A stretch of 58,260 bases of DNA from Psammoneis japonica (lineage: Eukaryota), in the NCBI GenBank assembly GCA_008632985.1, contig QPGO01000314.1, positions 1 to 58,260 of the forward strand. Direction: 5' to 3'. Positions 11,472-23,000 of this stretch are shown piece by piece (positions within the stretch are counted from its first letter, which is position 1; each line of letters begins with the position of its first letter). The translations under genes and the position numbers were made by a program. The notes beneath the pieces are model-generated. The model saw nothing but the letters and a program-made list of their open reading frames with translations. It was not told the DNA's origin and did no database searches.

Positions 11472-12582
11472 GCCCCCAAAAAGAGCTGCTGCACATCATC
11501 GCAATCAACACATTTTTGTTCTCCTCCCCTGAGCCCCATCAGGTGTTCATCCTCTCAAAAATTACCCTCGTCACCCGGGTTGTCCGCAAAAGGGCAAGGC
11601 AACTCCCCCCTGCCCTCGCCATTTTGGGAAACCCCAAATGGGCAAAACCAAGCTGAGCCCCCGCAACCAGCAGGTCAAGCTGTGGTGTCTCAGTGCTCTG
11701 TTTTGTTGCTGACCAATGGAGGTGTGTTGTTGGATTTGGGGCAAGGTGAGTGTGTGAAAATGGTGACTTTTGGCGATTTCATCAAATGACAGATTGAAGC
11801 AATCGAGATGGTCCGTCATGTCATGTCCGTCACCAGTCGGCCTGGTCAGTCTGCCCGTCATGCGTTGAGAGAAGCAGAACCGTTATTTGCAGTGATGCAC
11901 ACCATGACCGAAAATGCCCAGCCTTTCGTTTTCAGCCACAGGCCACAGGAAAAGGCAGCTCATTATTTCGACAGAACCTCATCAAGAGACACAATGTCCT
12001 GAATGGGTGAAAAACAAAAAGCCTCTGCTGCTGTAAATTGTGAACTTGGGGGCAGTGTTGTGCTTCCGAAAAATTGACTATGTACGACAAGAAAGAGCGA
12101 CTTGTGTCAGTGACCGTGTTCACGTAAATCATGCTTCAAAGCCCCCTGGGAAGTGTGCCATGGCATTCCACTGGTCGAATCTATGCATAAATTGACCTCT
12201 CAAACGGAGCTTCTCGGTGATGACCTTGTGTGTGGAGTGCATACGGTGTCGCGGATCTCTTCCTGCATAGCGAGCTACGGTAGTGTCGACATGCTCGTTT
12301 TGAAAAGTGCTTTTGCACTGGCTCTCTCTCTTCGACTGGATTGTTGTGCTGCAAGACACAAGAGCCAATCGCAAGAACTTTTTTCTCTCTGCGGAGAAAA
12401 CGACGCATTTTCCGTCGTTTGCGAACGCGAGTGTCATCACATGTACTGTACATACCACGTACCGCGTAGTTTCTACGCAGGCATGACTCGGGATCGCGAA
12501 ATAGTAAATGAGTTGTTCTCACTGTTCTCATACTTCTACACTGTACACAACATCAAAACCAGATTGATTGTCAACTGCCGTG

Positions 12583-14454
12583 ATGAATCATCGTAGAAAG
12601 AAATTGAAAAGATTGGAGAAACGTCTTGGTCGCCGTGGCAAGGAACGCCACGATGAAGGAGAAGGAGGCTTGTTGGAAGAACAGGCAACAGCAAGTTACG
12701 GTCTCGGCTCTATTATCAACGATATTCATGTTGACGAAGAGACTATGGAAGAGGAACAAAAGGTTGAAGAAACTGATGAAAGTAGTCCAGCATCTACCTT
12801 GACGGGTGCTCATGCAATGAGTCAACAAGGGGAGGTCCGTCGTGGTAGTGCACAAGCAGGTGGCGACGATGTTAGCCATGCCATTGTGTGTGACGTGGAG
12901 ACGGATCCCATGCCTCCTCCACAGCCAGTGCAGGGCAATGAAGCACTTCTTGTAGAAGCCCATTTAGTTGAACGGGCTGATAATGCAGAAGATGTGCGAG
13001 AACAAATGGCTACACTCGAGCAAGAAAACATGCGACTTCGAAATAAAGTTCCGCTAGTACAAGCCGAGGTCGCTCAAGAAAATACGAGAAGCAAGGGCCC
13101 TCGTCGCAAATGCTTGATTGTTATGGGTGTTACAGCACTTCTGATTACTGTGGCGGTTGTTGCTGGAGTTTCTGTCACTGGAGGCGGTGGCACGTTTCCG
13201 CCGATCCCCCCGCAGTCTCCAACATTGTCGCCCACTGTTCCACCCATGCAGTCTCCCACTAGACCCCCTATTACTGTCATTCCTGCTGATTGGATTCCCG
13301 CTGGTCAAATCTTGCATGGCAAAGCGGTGTGTGATTTTTTTGGCAGTTCTGTATCCTTGTCTCGTGATGGTCGTGTCATGGCTGTTGGCGCAACGCCGCA
13401 ATGTTCCAATCGCGGCTATGTTGGTGTCAATCGATACAATCCTGCCACCCATGAATGGATGCAAATTGGCCAAGAATTGATCGGACAAGCCGGCCTCGAC
13501 AATTTTGGAGAGTCTGTTTCGTTAAATGGCGACGGCACCATTCTTGCGGTTGGAGCTCCATTGAATGACAGTGGCGGAACGACAGCCGGTCAAGTGCGAG
13601 CGTATGAATACAACTCTGTATCGGATCATTGGGTCCAACTCGGTAGCGATATCCTTGGACAAGACTCCGGTGATGAATTTGGCATTTCCGTGTCGCTGTC
13701 GGACGCGGGAGACATTCTTGCCGTGGGAGCACACAGGGATGATACGGAAAAAGGTGTAAAGTCTGGTTCGGTTCGATTGTTTCAATACGACCGCGGCACC
13801 TCATCCTGGAGCCAACTCGGACAAACGCTGATTGGCCAAGCCGCTTATGATCATTTTGGCTTTTCCGTCTCCTTAAATGCGCTGGGAACCATTGTTGGAG
13901 TTGGAACAATTGTATGGGCTTCGAGTGACGCTGGCCAAGTGTCGGTGTATGAATACAATTCTACATTGGCAAGATGGGATCTGTTGGGGGATCCAATCAA
14001 ACGCCAAGATGTTGATGATTGGTTGGGAGACTCCGTTTCTCTTGACGACAGCGGTGTGATCGTGGCCGCAGGTGTGCCTGGAAGCAACCCGAGGGTTTTG
14101 GTTTATTCGTACGACCGCTCGACTTTGACATGGAATCAACGTGGCCAAACTCTCTTTTCACAACACCCTGATGATCTTGTTGGTTTCTCGGTGTCGTTGA
14201 GTGGAAATGGAAATGTCTTGGGGGTCGGAAGTGGAATGCGGGGTCAAGTTCGAATCTTTCAGCATGACAGCAATGCAGATGAATGGAAGCAAGTTGGCGA
14301 TCCTTTAAATGGCGAGGCTGAGCATGATGAAGATTTTGGACATTCCGTGTCCTTGTCGGCCGACGGAAGCGTCGTTGGAGTTGGCGCGCCCATGACTGAT
14401 GTCAATGGCGACAGGTCCGGATCCGTGCATGCATTCACGGCAAATGACAATTAG
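12583..14454 (+). CDS. Single-pass membrane protein with FG-GAP-like beta-propeller repeats (paralog 1)
   Basis: Intact ORF; ATG at 12583 matches the start of paralog 2. Acidic N-terminus, short coiled coil, one TM helix (LIVMGVTALLITVAVVAGVSV), Pro-rich linker, seven FGxSVSLSxDGxxLAVGA-type repeats. Confidence 0.88.
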   Translation: MNHRRKKLKRLEKRLGRRGKERHDEGEGGLLEEQATASYGLGSIINDIHVDEETMEEEQKVEETDESSPASTLTGAHAMSQQGEVRRGSAQAGGDDVSHAIVCDVETDPMPPPQPVQGNEALLVEAHLVERADNAEDVREQMATLEQENMRLRNKVPLVQAEVAQENTRSKGPRRKCLIVMGVTALLITVAVVAGVSVTGGGGTFPPIPPQSPTLSPTVPPMQSPTRPPITVIPADWIPAGQILHGKAVCDFFGSSVSLSRDGRVMAVGATPQCSNRGYVGVNRYNPATHEWMQIGQELIGQAGLDNFGESVSLNGDGTILAVGAPLNDSGGTTAGQVRAYEYNSVSDHWVQLGSDILGQDSGDEFGISVSLSDAGDILAVGAHRDDTEKGVKSGSVRLFQYDRGTSSWSQLGQTLIGQAAYDHFGFSVSLNALGTIVGVGTIVWASSDAGQVSVYEYNSTLARWDLLGDPIKRQDVDDWLGDSVSLDDSGVIVAAGVPGSNPRVLVYSYDRSTLTWNQRGQTLFSQHPDDLVGFSVSLSGNGNVLGVGSGMRGQVRIFQHDSNADEWKQVGDPLNGEAEHDEDFGHSVSLSADGSVVGVGAPMTDVNGDRSGSVHAFTANDN

Positions 14455-15263
14455 AAACAATGCATTTTGCATTTCATCCTTTTGCATGCATCAATCACTC
14501 TGTATTTTTTGTAGTTCATTTAGTTGCAGACTGTGCATCGCGTGCATTGTCAATTGTGTCAGAGCATTTTTCTCGCTTGTCGCTTGTCCAACCTGACGGA
14601 GTCTGTCTGTCTGTGCACTTTTTGAGACCTTCAATTCCAACCACGAACCATCGCAACTCTGTCGCTGAAACATCCAACACAACAAAACACAGCAACAGCA
14701 AATGAAAATGATTCCGGTGGAAAGAGTGTTGGTTGTGTGTGTTGAACCAGCAAGTCAGTGCCGCCAAAAGGGAATCCTGTGAGGCTTCCTGTGCTGCTCG
14801 TCGCACTTGCCTTGGTTTCTTGCAGTGGCTGTGGGTTGCCTGGAAGTTGTTGATGCAAACTTCAAACTTGCAATGTGACAGGTGCCCAGTGTGGCCAAAT
14901 GCAAAAATTGTGTGAACCAAATGATTCACTTCAAAGAGTGAGATGAACTGAAAGGTGAGAGAGATCGACAACGACAAGATGCTGATTGCAAGGAGTCGCG
15001 CCAATTTGATCGTGATGAGTCACCAAATCTGCCACATCAGGATTCACAGCATCTTTTCTTCAACTCATCTGGATTTCTTGTGTTTCCTGTGATCTGAGTG
15101 TTTGAACACACTCCTGCTGCTTGTGTTGATGTTCTGCTGACCAGACAGGTCCGGCTTGTCTTGAGGAGGGGAGATGGTGCTCCCTCTGTCTCACATCATT
15201 GCTGACATCTTTCAAATCGGCAATTCGCAAGCTGGAGCACTGTCCATTGTCAGAGCCATCAAT

Positions 15264-16420
15264 TGTCACAGAGACTCCAATGTGTCACAGGAGTGACCTC
15301 ACAAACTGACACCCCCACACACTGGGAGCATCAAAAGCCTGGCAAAACAGGTTTGAAGATGTTCCAGTGCAAACAGGCAGTGGTGTGAGAGCAATGAAAA
15401 CAGACAGCACAGAGAAAAGAACCATCAAAACACAATGCAGCAAACCTCTGAAACTTCAAAACACTTCCACAATGATGGATCAAAGAGCAAAGCATTGAGA
15501 TGCAAGGCAGGTGTCCGGGGTGGTGGCACAATGTCAAACCAGGAGGCCTGCCAGGATGGCAACAGGAGCGGCAATCAGGGGGGCAACCAGAACTGGCCCA
15601 ACTCAACTGGCAATTGGGAGGCCGGTTGGGACAACTCCAATCCATTAAAACATCTTTGCAGAGGATCTCATCTGGCTCACACAAATCTCACATTGGAGCA
15701 GCACCCCCCTGCAATGGGTGTGGCGTGTGACATTGGCAAAGAGCATGAGCAAGATGCAACAACAGAATCCTGGATCAAGGACTCACTTGCTCTGTCAAAC
15801 TCTTGCAAACCAAGCATGAAAACAAGATGACATTTGACCACAGCACCTCAATGCAAGTGCCACTGACACATGGGGCAATTGTCCGTGGTGTTCACACGTG
15901 TTGAGTCTCATGTGCATAGAAACAGTGTCACACACCACGCGATCTTTGGAAGATGAGGATGAAAAAGGTGCCAGTTGTTGCTGCAATGCATTTGATGCCA
16001 TTGCAGCAACCAAGCACACCAGCTCACATTAGAAACACTCAAGTGTGGCATTGGAAAACACGTGACAGTGGTGGCATTGCAAGACATCTGTCACTGCACA
16101 TGGCAAAGTGATCTGAAAGATGACTTGCCAGCACTGTGTCATCTGCAGGTGGAAACAGCACCACGTCCTGCACAGTCTTTGGTTCATGAAACAAAAACAA
16201 ATGTGCAAGAAGTGTGCAACAATTTTGAGGCCATTGCAATCAACAGAGCACCCAAGTTCACATTGAAAATGCTCAGGGGTGGCATTGAAATGCTTTTGCA
16301 AAAGAGGCTTGGTTGCGTGGGAAGGTTTCAGAGGTGCCATGTGTCAGCAGAGGTCAACGTGGGCTCACAACCTGGATGGTGGAGACTCCAATGCATCACC
16401 GGAGTGACCTCTTGCACAGA
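15264..16420 (-). mobile_element. Probable Copia-type LTR element remnant (LTR end plus PBS)
   Basis: GAGACTCCAAT...GGAGTGACCTC occurs at 15271, at 16382 and split at 44670/50362. On the minus strand at 16361-16374 it is followed by (CA)GGTTGTGAGCCC, resembling the Copia GGTTATG(G/A)GCCC PBS with TA->TG. 16185-16410 is homologous to 44077-44688. Confidence 0.5.
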
Positions 16421-17282
16421 CAAATTGTGTCGCCAAACATGTGTGATGCACCATGCACACATCCCACAGAACAGGCAAAGCAAGGTCTCTCTTTCTTGAC
16501 TTCTTCTTGCTGTCCTGATCTCATCAACCAGGTCCACAATCCAGCCATTGACTCTCTCAGGATTCAAATCAAACAACTCCACGCCATTGTGGAGCCACTT
16601 GTTCAACTGGTCTGCATGGTTGATGGTGTCATGGTGGAAGAATGATGCCAACTTCCTTGCATCACAAGTGATGCCATCTGTGTCCCTCATGAGCCCACAA
16701 TGACTCCCTGCAGTGTCCGGCAGACCGGGGCTTTCAATGAGCTTCACAAGGGGACAACACACCCCATCCTTGTCCATGCCACAGGCAGGAAAACAGATGT
16801 TCAACAACCTGGGTGAGATGTCAACATCACTCTTGTTGAGGGTCAATTGCAAATCATTGCCCATTAATCCAGTGGTGTGCTTTGCCATCATCAAGTTGTT
16901 TTTGAGACAACACAGCTCACCTTGCCTCCAGGCTTGGTGCCTCCCACAACATGACAACATTCCTTGGTCCTGTGTGCTCTGTCAGAACAACATTTGAACT
17001 CAGATGCTCTCCTTGGATCATCATGAATGGAGAAAATTGGTGCAGTGGTGGACACACACTTGAGTGCCTTGGAACTCCACAGTGGCAATTGCTTGAGCAC
17101 TCCATCAACTGGTGCCTGTTCTTCCATGGGTCTTGCCACAAACCCAAGGTTCTTGATCTGATTGGTGACAGAGAAATCAAGGTGCCAAATGATGAGTGCT
17201 CTAGACCACTTGCTGGCACACTCCTGATTGGTTTCCATCAGAGCAGTGCTTTTGTTGTGCTGACAGGGGTTGTTCTTGTTGG

Positions 17283-19990
17283 TTGGATGCCCCTGAACAT
17301 TTAACAGCCAACGACAGCCTTGCAGAGATCATCAGCTGTGTGAACAATGAGAAAGCCTTTGCAAACAAAGGCAGCAGCAAGAAGCAAGACAAGCAAAGGG
17401 AAAGCAATGCTCCTTCACCCCAATCTTCAAGACATTGTCATGGGAGTGGCAGCCAAGTGGATCCAGAGTCCAGGTGTCCGGCACACACCAATCATGACCA
17501 CAAGCGGAAGGGCTGTCAAGGTGGAGGCCAAAGCAATTGTCAAGGCAGAGGTTTGCAAGACCAAGGAGGTTGTGGCAACTTCCGAGGTCAAGGACGTGGT
17601 GTTTGTGGCAACCAAGGCAATTGTGGCAGCCAAGGTTGCGGCAACTGTCAAGGTCCCCAGAATTCTCAAGGTGGAGGATCCTGTTGTCAAAATCAAAATG
17701 GCGCACAAGCCAACCGTGACACCCAAGGCTGTAAAAATCTGGCTGGAGCAGCTCCTCCTGGTGACTGGCAAATGGAGTTGCACCATTTTGATTGAGAAGG
17801 GCCTCATGAGTTGTGAGGTGGAAATGGGTGCAACCAAGGTGGTTGTTTCCCTCCAGCCAGCAAGCATTGCATGTGTTGTTAGATTCAGGAGGCACTGACA
17901 CCCTTGTGCATTCTCATGTTTCACCCAAGGGAGCCAATCCAACTGTGAATGATGAGGGGTGGCTGAGTTTTCAGACAGCAGCTGGGCATTGTGAATCATC
18001 CCAATGTGCCATCATGAAGAATCTGGTGCCACCCGCATTTGACAAGTCCAAACAAGTTGATGGCATTGCTGCTCAAGCTTTTGACTCTCCGTGCAAACAT
18101 GATGTGAGACATTGAGCCAAGAAGGCTGTCTTTCCAAGGCCAGCACAACACTTGATTTTTGGTTTGGAGTCATGAAGTGGTTGGATGATTTGATCCCAAT
18201 GAAGCAACCCAATCATTGGAATCAAGTTCATGGCTGGTTGGATGTGCTGGACAACCACAAAGAGGATGAAGATGATGAGGACCTCCAGGGTCAAGCTTTC
18301 ATCATGCCAGATGTCAAGTGTGAGAGAAGGTGTCAACTGTGAAAGTGACACAATTGCAAACTCATTTGACCCAGGACCAACGTGACAAGCTTCACACCAT
18401 GCTTGAAAAGCACAAAACCCTCTTTGATGGGACGGTTGGCAAACATCTGCATGAAACCAATTTTTGGAAGTTGATCCTGGTGCCATTCCCTTTCACTCTA
18501 AAGCCCACAAAGCACCAAAGAGAGATGAGGCTGTTTTTAAGAAGGAACTGCACAACATCTTTGCAACGTTGGCACACTGGAATCAGCAGGACCAACAGAG
18601 TGGGTGGCCGGAACCTTCCCAACACCCAAAAAGGATGGACAAGTGGGATGTGTGTCCAACTTCCAAGAATTGAACAAGGTGCTCAAGTGGAAGGTGTCCT
18701 CCACACAATTTACACCAACAATTGGGGTGCAAGTTTTTAACCAAACTGGACCTCACCATGTTCTGCTGTCACATCGAGCTTGACAAAGAATCCAAGGATT
18801 TGCATGCTGTTGTTGCTCTGCTTGGAAAGTTCCAACATTGTCAACCAGCCATGGGTCTGAAAACTTCTCCCAACATTGCTCAAACTGTCATTGAGAAAGT
18901 GTCAAACAAACTTGATGTCAAAGCTTGTGTTGATGACATTGCTCAATTTGATGACTTGTTTGACACTCACATGCAGCACCGACTTGACAAGTTGCAGTCC
19001 AGACTGGAAGAGAATGACCTCAAGGTCAATCCACTCAAGTGTGAGTGGTGCGTCCAAGAGACGGATGTTCTGGGTCATTGGCTCACACCTGCAGGAGCTT
19101 GACCATGGAAGAAAAAGGTCAAAGCAGTTCTGCAGATGCAACCTCCTCAGAATGTGATGCAGCTGCAATCTTTCATTGGTGCAGCATCCTGTTGTCACAA
19201 CATGTGGCCTCATTGCTCTCATGCACTTGCTCCACTTACAAAGTCAACCAGCAAGAGCAAGTTGGAATGGACCCCAGAGTGTCAGAAAGCCTTTGAAGAC
19301 ATGAAAACATTGATGTTGGACAACACCCTTTGGGTCCACCCAAACCACAACAACTCCTCCAACTGTCAGATGGGTGCAGCGATCATGCAAGAAGGGAAGC
19401 CGGCAGCACATTGGTCTCAGAAGCTCAGTGCAGTGCAGCAAAATCACTCCACTGTTGAGAAAGAGCTCCTTGCTGTGGCAATGTGTTGCAAAGAATTCCG
19501 CACCATGTTGCTTGGGGCTGATTGTGCTGTTTTCACTGACCACAAAAACCTCACCTTTTGTGTGCTCAACTCTCAACAAATGCTCAGGTTGAGACTCTTT
19601 TTGGAGGACTTTGCTCTGACCTTCAAGCATGTTGACAGCAAGGATGACTCAATGGCAGATTGTTGTTCCCAATTGCCTTGCATTGAACCTCCAATGGAAG
19701 GAAATTGTGCTCCCAATCAGGGCAAATTGATGGATTTCAAGGCAATTGACACTGCCACACCACCTCATGAAGAGAAACTTGACAACCCAGATCACGTGTC
19801 TTGTTTTTCCTTTTGTTGTGAAGAACCATCTCATTTCCACTCCTCCTTTGTTGATGATCCTGATCTGTGTGAATCATTTTTGAACTGTCCCTCACTTGAC
19901 AAAATGCAAAATCCCACAACCATGCAGTCAATTTAAGAGCACCAATTTGTCGACATGGAATTGAGTGACATGCAACACAACAAAACACAA
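17283..19990 (+). mobile_element. Ty3/Gypsy retrotransposon relic (gag end, protease, RT, RNase H; integrase not seen)
   Basis: Protease LLDSG (~17880); RT KFLTKLDL...AMGLKTSPNIAQ...CVDDI...LKVNPLKCEW...LGHWLTP; RNase H QMGAAIMQEGKP...EKELLA...FTDHKNL...MADCCSQLP. Many stops and frameshifts. Confidence 0.9.
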
Positions 19991-20049
19991 AACCCAAATT
20001 CATTTTTTAAGGTGCTGCCACACTTCTGCTCTGCAACTCTGGCAAACAA

Positions 20050-23000
20050 GCTAACCCACACCCCCAGTGCACTTAACTGTGGCAGGGGAATGCAGCAATC
20101 AGCCAAGATCAGCCATCACCATCAGGGGATGCCACGCCAAAGCAACTTGCAACAGTGCAAGTGCCAAGCAAGGCCGGTCATTTTGCCTTGTGAATGCTTG
20201 ATTTAAACACAGGTCCAACAATTGCCAACCAATTGCAAAGATGGTGGGTGGAATGGGAAAGGTGTTCATCAACGGAGTCAAAAAGAGCTGCTCAATCTTT
20301 GGCCAAACGGTCATTTGAACAAGAGTGAGTGGCCTTGACCTCTGCCTCTGTGTCATGACATTGTGCCAATTTGCTGGTTTCTGAATCATGTGCGTGAGTT
20401 GATTCATTGTGTTGATCCCACAATGCCTGCTGTTGAGACCATGTGAAGTTGCCAATGGTTGCTGCTCAGTCAACTCTAGAGATGTCACAGTCCAAACTTT
20501 CAACCTTTTTCAAATGCATGAGGTGCACCCTGTTCCAGCAGGCAGAGAATCAGCCATTGAAAATGAGCCTCCAACCAATCTGTTCCTGTGCATGAAATTT
20601 TTCCAAAATGCTGTGGTGAAGCTTGTCAGCACAGACTGTGTCTTCAAGAAACCAAGCCTCTGATGCAGCAAGCAGAAAGTTGCACATGGGAGGAGAAGTG
20701 TGAATGTCATCACATTTCTTCTGTAAACCTTGAAGGAAGGCACAATGCCATGCTTCATTGTGGGGGCACCACAGGATGTGGTCTCCATCCTCCATTGGAT
20801 GCTGGCAGTGAATGCAACAATCAGGTCTGATGGGATTGCACCAGCGGGCAACAAATCCTGCACCAGTTTGATGGCACTCATTTTTTGAGTGATGTTTTGT
20901 GACACAAGTTTAGAGTGCACCGGCCCATCAATGAGTTGGAATGCTTCATCTGTCCAAGTGCACTTCTCTTTCATGTGTGCAAGAAGAACTGGAAATGAGG
21001 CTTTGCATTGAAGTGCCGGTTTGAACTTGGAGTGCACGGAAGCATTTTGAACAGTGAGGTTGACGGAGCAGTGTGGCACATGAGGAGCAACCGACACAGA
21101 CCCAGGACATTCCCCTTGATGTTGACCTGCAATGCGGTCAGCTCAAACACTCAACTGTGCTGGAAGATGCAAGGATTTGCAGGGAACATTGTCATCTTGA
21201 TGGCACTTGATCCAGTGAATCACAACCTGTGTGCATGATTGCTTGGAGTGGAGAGAGTCAACTGAGTGGAAAATTTCATTCAATGTGTCCCAATCTGCTG
21301 ACACAGTGTCAGCAGCATGAGATTGATGGCAGCAGTCATGTTGCACATTGGAGGGATTGTCTTCTGTGGAGATTGGGATGGAATGGAAGTTGCTCTTGCA
21401 TTGCAAACAACAGCGGAGTTGTTGCAGCATGGGTCCATTCCCTGTGACAATTTTGTCTGACAAAACTCCATCACTCTGAGAACAAACAGAAGAAAGGAGA
21501 GCATCCCATGTGCCTCTGCACAGCAAGATGATGGGCCACAGTCAAATGCTGGACCAGCACAATCGACTGGGATGTTTCTGTCAATCACAAGCATCCATCT
21601 GAAGGTGGCATTGAAGCCAAGAACAGACCTGTCACTTGCTGCTGATGTGTGGTGAAGCCCAAGAATCTCTGCCAGTTTGAAACTGAACATGTTGAGGGAG
21701 ACCTTCACAAACAAAGATGATTCACACAGAGGCAGGGACCATGGCCAGTCTTGAAAATCAGAGGGGACAGAAACCACAGGAGACAGATCAAACAGGGAAC
21801 CGATGCCTCAGATGCGCCATCAACTGTCTTCAATGGTGCCAACCATGACTGGTGATGCCAAGGGGGACAAATCAAGAACAGTCTCAAGAGGATCAATGAC
21901 AGGAGCAATGCCACGGGTTGCTGGGAAGATTTGAAAGCCTGCCAGAGATCTCATGTGTAAACATCCTTTGACTGGTTCATCGTGCACAGGAAATTTCATC
22001 CACATCTCTGCAGACAGGATGGCCAAGAGCCCAATGGGCTGCATGACTCTAGATCCTTTCCTCTGCTGACAACACTGCAAAACCGCTGCCACTGTTTCCA
22101 GGCATGTGAGGACAGAAGAGCTTGTTCCACCAGGTTCAACATGGATGAACTGCTTGAGATGGAGGGCTCACCCAAGAACATTTGACGATCCAAAAACTGG
22201 CCATCTGGCAAGGCCACACCAGAAACGATGAGGATGTTGAGGCAAAGGCAGCAGCAATTCACCCAGCGCATTTGTCAATGGGAGAACATTCCCAAGTCTA
22301 GAACCACGTCCATGATGTGTTGATTGTTGTTTCACTGGAGGGGAAGTGCACCTGAGTCATCCAAATCAAAACATGCATCCACTCTGGACAAAAACAATCA
22401 GAGAGACATGAACCATTTAGACTCAGAGTGAAGCAACTTGGGATGAACATCTTTCAGGAAGCCAACCCCCGTGCTGAGATGGAACTGGATCCATGAAACC
22501 CCAACATGAGGCAACATTGCGGGCTGGCCAATCCCACACCAGTTGGACAGAAGCTGCGCCACTTGACCAATGCCTTGTTCCACATCTGAGGACCAAAATC
22601 CACCACCACTGAGAATGCAACAAGGGCCAAAAAGGACGTCCTAATTGGCACTGCAATCATGCCTGCATTTGGCAAATGTTGTGCACACAGCTTTTTGTTG
22701 AATCTCGAGAAGCTCCTTTGGAGCAAAATGGGAATTTGGGAGAGCACACATCACACATGCTAAATGGCAAGCAAAATGGGGAGCACAAGCTTTGCTGCTG
22801 TCGAGGGAGCAAGATCAGAGAAAGAGAGCAATGTCATCACTCTTTTTCTCAAGGGCTTCACAGAGAGTTTTTTGTGAACCTGCTGGAGACTTGTGGTGCC
22901 CTGGGGTCATGCGGGACATGTGGGCAGATGACTGAACACTGGACCAGGAATGTGGTTGATTGGTGGAGGAAATGTCAATGATGATGGCATCATTGCATGC

